The notes under the pieces were generated by a model. The model was not told the DNA's origin, did no database searches, and was given only the letters and a program-made list of their open reading frames with translations. Source: an uncultured virus (IMG/VR IMGVR_UViG_3300017751_000009) (taxonomy: Duplodnaviria > Heunggongvirae > Uroviricota > Caudoviricetes). From it: a stretch of DNA of 20,000 nt. The stretch lies in the IMG/VR virus record IMGVR_UViG_3300017751_000009; one strand, 5' to 3'. Shown in pieces: positions 1 to 6,245 of the stretch (position 1 is the first letter of the stretch; the number at the start of each line of letters is the position of its first letter). A program made the translations under genes and the position numbers.

Positions 1-635
1 CATTTGGACTAGATCATGATTATATTCTCGAAGAACTTCTTGACAAAGAAGATCTGGAAATTGTTAATATTGATCACCATGATGATTTTCTGGCAGGTGC
101 ATACTTAGATCAACTCACTAATCATGATAAATCAGGAAAAAATGATGATGATGATGAGGACACTTGGTTGCAGTTCTTGTCATGTCACCTCATTGAATAT
201 CATTATGCTAAAACTTATGGGAAAGTTGATGAGGGTAGTTGGGGAGGATACTTACATGCTTTAGGAAAATTGAAGGCTATGACATGGATTCATAATAATG
301 ATAAAGATGAGTATGATACTAGAAGTATTGTGAACAGATTTATTTGTAATAATGTTGGTAAGTATGCTGACTGGGGATTTGCTACGGCAGAAGAATATGA
401 TCATGGTAATTATGAGTATGATCATATCTTTGTTTGCCTATCTCCACAATATTTTCCACACAGTCAATGGGATATCTTTAGTGTCTTTCTAGGAATCTAT
501 GAAGATTTTACAGGTAAAGACTGTAAGTTAGATGAGTTTTGGTATAAGAGAACTATTAATACGATGGCATATAGAAATGTATACGATACTTTAAAACCTG
601 CATTAGAGGACATCAAAAGAAGTTTAGCTAAATAA
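1..635 (+). CDS. Partial (5' end outside window) hypothetical protein with a ureohydrolase/UPF0489-like metal-binding motif
   Basis: The frame of the 168..635 ORF is open back to base 3: FGLDHDYILEELLDKEDLEIVNIDHHDDFLAG... The NIDHHDD motif and downstream 'IFVCLSPQY' resemble UPF0489/arginase-deacetylase-like proteins. Stop TAA at 633-635. Confidence 0.6.
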   Translation, partial: FGLDHDYILEELLDKEDLEIVNIDHHDDFLAGAYLDQLTNHDKSGKNDDDDEDTWLQFLSCHLIEYHYAKTYGKVDEGSWGGYLHALGKLKAMTWIHNNDKDEYDTRSIVNRFICNNVGKYADWGFATAEEYDHGNYEYDHIFVCLSPQYFPHSQWDIFSVFLGIYEDFTGKDCKLDEFWYKRTINTMAYRNVYDTLKPALEDIKRSLAK

Positions 636-657
636 TAAAAAGTTTTTGTTTTGTGAC

Positions 658-1098
658 ATGAGCGTCGTTATTGAGCCGACCGTTGAGTGGTCGCCTGAGA
701 ACATGATTGAGGTTGTCCTAGGAGAACCTGACGATTTTTTAAAAGTGCGAGAAACTCTGACTAGAATCGGTGTTGCATCTCGTAAAGAAAAAAAATTATA
801 TCAGTCTTGTCATATCTTACATAAGCAAGGTAGATATTTCATTGTTCACTTTAAAGAATTGTTTGCTCTTGATGGCAAGAAAGCAAATCTTACTGTTAAT
901 GATGTTCAACGCCGTAATAGAATTACACAACTCCTTGCTGATTGGGGATTAATTTCTGTAGTTGTGGCTGAAATGATTGAGGATATTGCTCCTTTGAATC
1001 AGATTAAAGTTTTATCCTACAAAGATAAAGGGAATTGGGCTTTAGAGACTAAGTATAACATTGGTCGTAAGGTTAAAGTTGAAGGCGAAGAAGGTTAA
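658..1098 (+). CDS. regA: RegA translational repressor (T4-like)
   Basis: Contains DDFLKVRETLTRIGVASRKEKKLYQSCHILHKQGRYFIVHFKELF, the RegA signature. ATG at 658 (MSVVIEP) is preferred over the TTG at 646. Confidence 0.96.
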   Translation: MSVVIEPTVEWSPENMIEVVLGEPDDFLKVRETLTRIGVASRKEKKLYQSCHILHKQGRYFIVHFKELFALDGKKANLTVNDVQRRNRITQLLADWGLISVVVAEMIEDIAPLNQIKVLSYKDKGNWALETKYNIGRKVKVEGEEG

Positions 1099-1104
1099 TA
1101 AATA
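1097..1104 (+). promoter_or_regulatory. Putative T4-type late promoter (AATAAATA)
   Basis: One mismatch to TATAAATA; overlaps the regA stop codon and is followed by a structured non-coding stretch. Confidence 0.45.
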
Positions 1105-1159
1105 GATCGTCGCTCTTTCGTGCGCGACTCTCTACGACGGATTCGCTACCAAAGTAGAT

Positions 1160-1182
1160 AGGGGGCTTGACGCCCCTTTTTT
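1160..1182 (+). terminator. Rho-independent terminator downstream of regA
   Basis: AGGGGGC-TTGAC-GCCCC followed by TTTTTT. Confidence 0.8.
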
Positions 1183-1195
1183 AATGGTGTATAAT
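1167..1195 (+). promoter_or_regulatory. Sigma70-type (early) promoter
   Basis: TTGACG (1167-1172), 17 bp spacer, TATAAT (1190-1195); predicted start about 1201-1202. Confidence 0.85.
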
Positions 1196-1200
1196 ATGGA

Positions 1201-1277
1201 GGTCAGGGAGGGAGACCACCTTGACTGCGGTACTCCCCTTAGTAGGTTCAGGAGTAGCGGCGATAGGAACCTACTAA
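1201..1277 (+). ncRNA. Putative structured RNA / 5' leader: GNRA hairpin plus H-type pseudoknot
   Basis: GTCAGGG(1202-1208)/CCTTGAC(1219-1225) capped by GG-GAGA-CC. TACTCC(1231-1236) pairs with GGAGTA(1251-1256), interleaved with the 11 bp perfect stem TTAGTAGGTTC(1239-1249)/GAACCTACTAA(1267-1277). It begins at the predicted transcription start. Confidence 0.6.
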
Positions 1278-1349
1278 ATATAATGTCTCAACAGTTTTCG
1301 CTATCGAGACACCTAACGGTACAACCGTAGATTTTTATCTAAAGAATTA

Positions 1350-2384
1350 ATGCCTAACACAGAACGCACCAGAAAAGGTTTTGGCGATATCCTGGATCTC
1401 GAAAATCCACAGTTAAAGAACCTACCCAAGCCTAAGCAAAAAAACGCAACATTCATCAAGTTTTCTTTCCTTGATCTCGATACCGTCGATGAAGAGGATG
1501 AGTATTATTGGAACCTTGCTGTCCGGGATGATCAGAACAATACCTCTCGGATTGAAGCAATGCAAGTTTCATATATTAACTATGGATGGCTTTATAACGA
1601 TTTCCCCCCTTGTATTGGTACTGACAATCGTCCTAGAGACGGTAGGACTCGTATCCTTGCAGCAAAGCGTGCTGGAGAGAGGTGGATTATTGTTGCTATC
1701 TTCTCATACGATGACAACGGTAGTCCAATCACTAGCTACATTTCCAATTCTCTTGCCTGTCAGCAGCGTCCTGCATCCACTGGGGTATGCATTAACGATT
1801 TTATTATGGCAGGGATTGCTTGTGTTAATGCTGGAGAATGCTTGCCAGAGAGATCTGCAGTAGAAGACCTCGTTTACAATGAACTGCAAGCTGAGAGCTT
1901 CTTCTCTCCTCGTGGAGGTGCCATAACCAAGATTGTCAACAAAATCCTTGATGATGTCTTGGAAGAAGGTACATCTGGTGGAATCACTGTTGTTAGGAGT
2001 CGTGAAGATTGGCAAACTTGGTTGGCAAAAGCCGGTTATGTAAAGGGAGATTATATTCTCCTATCGGTTGACAATCCAACTTATGCTATGAGGGCATGGT
2101 GTCAGCACTTGCTTCCACACTTTTCTAAGAACAAGTCCACAGCAACCATCATCCTTTACACCAACGCTAAGACTGGTACTAAAGCTCGGAGGTATATTTC
2201 TGAATTTGCAGTAAACCTCCAGTATTACTACACATCTTCATTTGCTATGGTAAATAGGGCACAGTCTGCTGTAGAGATCAAAGTAGCTGATCCTGCACCA
2301 TACACTATTGCTGGAGCGATCCCTCAGATCCATGACAATCACAACATTAATTCTTTTAAATTGGTAGATATCTCGGACTACTGA
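1350..2384 (+). CDS. ParB/Srx-like N-terminal domain protein (344 aa), function unknown
   Basis: VRDDQNNTSRIEAMQVSYINYGW...PPCIGTDNRPRDGRTRILAAKRAGERWIIVAIF matches the ParB/sulfiredoxin pattern (S..G..P...DGxxR..A...G...I.V). The C-terminal part is not recognised. Confidence 0.65.
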   Translation: MPNTERTRKGFGDILDLENPQLKNLPKPKQKNATFIKFSFLDLDTVDEEDEYYWNLAVRDDQNNTSRIEAMQVSYINYGWLYNDFPPCIGTDNRPRDGRTRILAAKRAGERWIIVAIFSYDDNGSPITSYISNSLACQQRPASTGVCINDFIMAGIACVNAGECLPERSAVEDLVYNELQAESFFSPRGGAITKIVNKILDDVLEEGTSGGITVVRSREDWQTWLAKAGYVKGDYILLSVDNPTYAMRAWCQHLLPHFSKNKSTATIILYTNAKTGTKARRYISEFAVNLQYYYTSSFAMVNRAQSAVEIKVADPAPYTIAGAIPQIHDNHNINSFKLVDISDY

Positions 2385-2393
2385 TAACCGAAT

Positions 2394-2425
2394 AAAAAAT
2401 TACGGGGTTCGCTACCCCGTTTTTT
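2394..2425 (+). terminator. Rho-independent terminator (possibly bidirectional)
   Basis: ACGGGGT-TCGCT-ACCCCGT followed by TTTTT and preceded by an A-run. Confidence 0.85.
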
Positions 2426-2435
2426 AATGTCGTCT

Positions 2436-2499
2436 AATAAATATTGATGGATGCCTTCGGGGTCCACACAACATAAACTCGCTTTTAAAGGAGCTAAAA
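2436..2499 (+). promoter_or_regulatory. hsp20 late-type promoter and structured leader with SD
   Basis: AATAAATA (2436-2443); GGATGCC-TTCG-GGGTCC cUUCGg hairpin (2449-2465); AAGGAG SD (2488-2493) ahead of ATG 2500. Confidence 0.65.
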
Positions 2500-2934
2500 A
2501 TGACCGACCTTACTAAGTATGGTGCGTCTAACATTGACCAATTTTTGGATCGTGTTCATCGCAACAGCATTGGTATGAACGAATACTTTGATCGTTTATA
2601 CTCACTACATGAGACCACTACTAACTATCCTCCCTACAACCTAGTATCCATAAATTCTGTAGAGTCCAGGCTAGAGATCGCCCTGGCAGGGTTTAAAAAG
2701 GCAGAGTTGTTTGTCTACACACAGGATGGCAAACTCTTTGTAGAGGGTCAGAAAGAGGACAAGGAGACCGAGACTACCTATCAGCATAAGGGACTAGCAC
2801 AGAGGTCCTTTACGAGGGTATGGACGCTCTCTGAGGATGTAGAAGTGAAGAGTGTAGAATTTGAGGATGGACTCCTTTCAATATGTCTAGCTAGGATAGT
2901 TCCAGAGCATCATCAACGCAAGGATTGGTTCTAA
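2500..2934 (+). CDS. hsp20: Small heat shock protein Hsp20 (IbpA-like)
   Basis: NYPPYNL, EIALAGF, HKGLAQRSFTRVWTL and FEDGLLSI are alpha-crystallin/IbpA motifs; typical cyanomyovirus position after regA. Confidence 0.96.
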   Translation: MTDLTKYGASNIDQFLDRVHRNSIGMNEYFDRLYSLHETTTNYPPYNLVSINSVESRLEIALAGFKKAELFVYTQDGKLFVEGQKEDKETETTYQHKGLAQRSFTRVWTLSEDVEVKSVEFEDGLLSICLARIVPEHHQRKDWF

Positions 2935-2939
2935 ATATC

Positions 2940-2965
2940 GGGGGGGTTGTTCACCCCCCATTTTT
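2940..2965 (+). terminator. Rho-independent terminator after hsp20
   Basis: GGGGGGT-TGTTC-ACCCCCC then ATTTTT. Confidence 0.75.
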
Positions 2966-2975
2966 GTGGTATAAT
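2947..2975 (+). promoter_or_regulatory. Sigma70-type promoter with extended -10 for the replication operon
   Basis: TTGTTC (2947-2952), 17 bp spacer, TGg-TATAAT (2967-2975). Confidence 0.7.
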
Positions 2976-2997
2976 ACCAAGAGGTAAAAAGCATACT

Positions 2998-3312
2998 ATG
3001 TCTGTTAGAGTAGCCATTATCGGTAATGATCAAATCATTGCTGACATCAAAGAGTTGATTGATCCTGAAGACAAGGCTCGTCAATATATGTTCAACAATC
3101 CATATCGTGTTATCATGCAACCCACCATGTTGCTGAGTGAAGATGCAGGAGAGACCGCAGAAAATACATCCCAAGTATCTCTTGCTACTTGGCAACCACT
3201 CACGCAAGAGACAACCTTTATTGTCAACCCAAACTCGGTTCAAACTATCTTTGAACCAGTTGCTGATCTCAAGTCAATGTACCTGGAGCTAATCGATAAT
3301 GTCACAAATTAA
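2998..3312 (+). CDS. Conserved hypothetical cyanophage protein (small beta-rich, possibly Sm-like)
   Basis: ATG at 2998 (MSVRVAIIG), downstream of GAGG and the promoter; the TTG start at 2947 lies inside the terminator. Shares its pattern with the next ORF. Confidence 0.8.
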   Translation: MSVRVAIIGNDQIIADIKELIDPEDKARQYMFNNPYRVIMQPTMLLSEDAGETAENTSQVSLATWQPLTQETTFIVNPNSVQTIFEPVADLKSMYLELIDNVTN

Positions 3313-3589
3313 AGTCATTGTATTTAAAGAAGACTACAAGTGTATTATCGCTGGAATTGAGGAAGTTGGTGCTGACATTGGTGAGCCTGACTGTGAATTA
3401 GAAAACCCTTATGAGTTTGTAATTCAAGATGACGATTTTGATGGAGACTACAAGGATCGTTTGACACCTTGGAAAGTGCTGAATATTTCCTCCGATAAGA
3501 AGTGTAGAATTCAAAGCGATACTATTCTAACTCTAGTTAACCCAGAGACATTTATTCTCGAAGCATACACCGAACTTACCAGTGAATGA
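3299..3589 (+). CDS. Conserved hypothetical cyanophage protein, paralog of the upstream ORF
   Basis: 96 aa ORF overlapping both neighbours (ATGA coupling to gp43); IIA.I.E...NPY...W pattern. Confidence 0.8.
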   Translation: MSQIKVIVFKEDYKCIIAGIEEVGADIGEPDCELENPYEFVIQDDDFDGDYKDRLTPWKVLNISSDKKCRIQSDTILTLVNPETFILEAYTELTSE

Positions 3590-6081
3590 AATTTTACACT
3601 AATGTACAAATGATCGGGGACCAGTTCCTCGTTCGTGCTTATGATAATGGTGAGTACATTCAGTTTCGTGAAAAATACAAACCCACATTATTTGTTCCTG
3701 CCAAAAAGAAAACATACCATAAAACTCTCGATGGTGATTATGTCGAACCAATTAAACCTGGTTTCGTCTCTGACTGTAGGGAGTTTTTAAAAAGCTATGG
3801 TGAGATAGACAACTTTAAGGTCTATGGTAATGAAAGGTATATCTATCAGTATATTTCTGATAAGTATCCTCAAGATGAAATTAAATTTGACGCTAGTAAG
3901 ATTCGTCTTATTACTGTTGACATTGAAACTCGTGCTGAAAATGGATTTCCTGATGTTGAAGCAGCAGACCAAGAGATTCTGCTGATTACAATCCAGGATT
4001 ATAATACAAAGGAGATCACAACTTGGGGGCAAGGTCCATTTAAGATCAAGCAAGATAATGTTCGCTATATTCAATTCAATAACGAGCGAGATCTTCTAAG
4101 TTCTTTCATCAACTGGTGGATGGAAAATACACCTGATGTTGTTACCGGTTGGAATATTCAGCTTTTCGATATTCCATTTATTGCAAAGCGTATTGATCGT
4201 GTTCTTGGAGAGAAGATTGCTAAAAGGTTATCTCCTTGGGGATTAGTATCGCAAAAAGAAGTTTATATTAAGGGTCGTAGACAAGTCTTCTATGATATTG
4301 GTGGTATTACTCAGTTAGATTATCTTGATCTGTATAAGAAATTTACTTATACTAATCAGGAATCATATCGTCTTGATCATATTGCTAATGTAGAACTCGG
4401 TCAGAAAAAACTTGACCACTCTGAGTATGATACCTTTAAAGATTTCTATACACATGGTTGGCAGAAATTTGTAGAATACAACATTATCGATGTCGAGCTC
4501 GTAGACCGTCTTGAGGACAAGATGAAGTTGATCGAGCTAGCATTAACTATGGCATATGATGCCAAGGTAAATTATAATGATGTCTTCTATCAGGTAAGGA
4601 TGTGGGATACTATAATCTACAACTACCTGAAGAAAAAAGGTATTGTTATTCCTCCCAAAGAAAAAACTGATAAGGATGAAAAGTATGCAGGTGCATATGT
4701 TAAGGAACCGATTCCGGGAGTTTATGATTGGGTTGTGTCTTTTGACCTTAACTCTCTTTACCCTCACCTTATTATGCAGTACAACATCTCTCCAGAGACC
4801 CTCCTCGACGAGAAACATCCAACAGCAACTGTTGATAAAATTCTTAATGAGGAAATAAACTTTGAGTTGTATAAGGACAATGCCGTCTGTGCAAACGGTG
4901 CTATGTTCCGTAAAAATAAGAAGGGATTTTTGCCAGAGTTGATGGAGAAGATGTATGGTGAGCGAGTCATCTTTAAAAAGCGTATGCTCAAAGCCAAGCA
5001 GGAGTATGAGAAGACGCCTACTGAAGCACTTAAAAAGGAAATCGCTAGATGTAACAACATTCAAATGGCGAAGAAGATTTCTCTTAACTCTGCTTATGGT
5101 GCTATTGGTAATCAATATTTCAGGTACTTCAAATTAGCGAACGCAGAAGCTATTACTCTGTCTGGTCAGGTCTCTATTCGCTGGATTGAGACCAAGATGA
5201 ATCAGTATCTAAATAAACTTTTGTCTACAGATGGTGAAGACTATGTTATCGCATCTGACACCGACTCAATTTATCTTAATCTCGGACCTCTTGTTACTAA
5301 ATTTCTTGGTAATAAGTCTGGCGATAAAGCAGCAGTTGTGGCGTTACTTGACAAGATCTGTCAAGACAAGCTGGAGCCATACATCGATAAGTCGTATGAA
5401 AATCTGGCGAATTATGTCTCAGCATACGAACAAAAAATGCAAATGAAGCGGGAGAATATCGCTGATCGCGGTATCTGGACTGCTAAGAAGAGATATATTC
5501 TAAATGTATGGAACAGTGAGGGCGTTCAGTACTCTGAACCAAAATTAAAAGTGATGGGTATCGAGGCTGTCAAGTCATCGACACCTGCACCCTGCCGTCA
5601 AATGCTTAAAGATTCTTTTAAGATTATGATGTCAGGATCAGAAGATAATATGATAGACTACATAGATGACTGCCGTAAGAAATTCAAGCAACTAACTCCA
5701 GAGGACATTTCTTTTCCAAGATCTGTCAGTGATGTTGCAAAATATAAATCCTCTTCGGACATTTATTCTAAGGGAACACCAATCCACTGTCGTGGAGCTC
5801 TTCTATACAATCATTATATTAAGAAAGCGAATCTCACTAACAAGTATTCGCTCATTCAAAATGGTGAAAAGATTAAATTCTGCTATTTGAAGAAACCGAA
5901 TATCATTCATGAGAATGTTATTTCATTCATTCAAGATTTTCCCAAGGAATTAAATATTACTAGATATGTTGACTACGATCTTCAATTTAGCAAGGCATTC
6001 TTAGAACCTTTGAGGACAATTCTAGATGCTATTGGGTGGTCTGTAGAAAAAACTGCAACTTTAGAGGACTTCTTCTCATGA
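3586..6081 (+). CDS. gp43: Family B DNA polymerase (T4 gp43-like)
   Basis: ExoI DIET, ExoII GWNIQLFDIP, ExoIII YNIIDV, motif A SFDLNSLYP, motif B KKISLNSAYG, motif C ASDTDS, KKRY. Confidence 0.98.
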   Translation: MKFYTNVQMIGDQFLVRAYDNGEYIQFREKYKPTLFVPAKKKTYHKTLDGDYVEPIKPGFVSDCREFLKSYGEIDNFKVYGNERYIYQYISDKYPQDEIKFDASKIRLITVDIETRAENGFPDVEAADQEILLITIQDYNTKEITTWGQGPFKIKQDNVRYIQFNNERDLLSSFINWWMENTPDVVTGWNIQLFDIPFIAKRIDRVLGEKIAKRLSPWGLVSQKEVYIKGRRQVFYDIGGITQLDYLDLYKKFTYTNQESYRLDHIANVELGQKKLDHSEYDTFKDFYTHGWQKFVEYNIIDVELVDRLEDKMKLIELALTMAYDAKVNYNDVFYQVRMWDTIIYNYLKKKGIVIPPKEKTDKDEKYAGAYVKEPIPGVYDWVVSFDLNSLYPHLIMQYNISPETLLDEKHPTATVDKILNEEINFELYKDNAVCANGAMFRKNKKGFLPELMEKMYGERVIFKKRMLKAKQEYEKTPTEALKKEIARCNNIQMAKKISLNSAYGAIGNQYFRYFKLANAEAITLSGQVSIRWIETKMNQYLNKLLSTDGEDYVIASDTDSIYLNLGPLVTKFLGNKSGDKAAVVALLDKICQDKLEPYIDKSYENLANYVSAYEQKMQMKRENIADRGIWTAKKRYILNVWNSEGVQYSEPKLKVMGIEAVKSSTPAPCRQMLKDSFKIMMSGSEDNMIDYIDDCRKKFKQLTPEDISFPRSVSDVAKYKSSSDIYSKGTPIHCRGALLYNHYIKKANLTNKYSLIQNGEKIKFCYLKKPNIIHENVISFIQDFPKELNITRYVDYDLQFSKAFLEPLRTILDAIGWSVEKTATLEDFFS

Positions 6082-6245
6082 ACGATCAAGAAAAGTGGAA
6101 TAGAGGACTTGATCTTTTTATTGAGTCCGTTCATAAGCCAGATCAAGAACTTAGATCCTGTGCTCATAACCAAAAATGCTTTAATGAATTGCTGTCAGTG
6201 CGTGAAAATGTGCTAGAATACTTGAAAACATTGAGATGGAGTTGA
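6078..6245 (+). CDS. Small hypothetical protein (55 aa)
   Basis: ATG at 6078 overlaps the gp43 stop (ATGA) and follows GAGGA; MNDQEKWNRGLDLFIESV...; abuts the uvsX start. Confidence 0.75.
   Translation: MNDQEKWNRGLDLFIESVHKPDQELRSCAHNQKCFNELLSVRENVLEYLKTLRWS

Noticed and set aside
1227..1277. HDV-like ribozyme, ZTP or guanidine-III riboswitch identity for the pseudoknot
   Set aside because: There is no room for the P3/L3 element of HDV-like ribozymes (1 nt between the S2 5' and S1 3' strands), and only superficial word matches to the riboswitches. Left unassigned.
1196..1330. 44-codon ORF (MEVREGDHLDCGTPLSRF...) spanning the structured leader
   Set aside because: Its ATG directly follows the -10 box, upstream of the predicted transcription start and just past a terminator; it has no SD. 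RNA structure explains the region better.
1201..1345. tRNA or CRISPR-like array
   Set aside because: No cloverleaf with T-loop/D-loop consensus and no regularly spaced repeats.
2947..2997. N-terminal extension MFTPHFCG... given in the ORF track
   Set aside because: It overlaps the terminator and promoter; ATG 2998 with upstream GAGG is the plausible start.
4543..5115. 190 aa minus-strand ORF and the other antisense or alternate-frame ORFs in the track
   Set aside because: They lie wholly within well-supported plus-strand genes, have no recognisable motifs and look like shadow ORFs.
3586..6081. Intron/intein or split in gp43; unusual ASDTDS motif C
   Set aside because: The ORF is continuous and of normal length; ASDTDS is, from recall, the common cyanomyovirus variant of YGDTDS.
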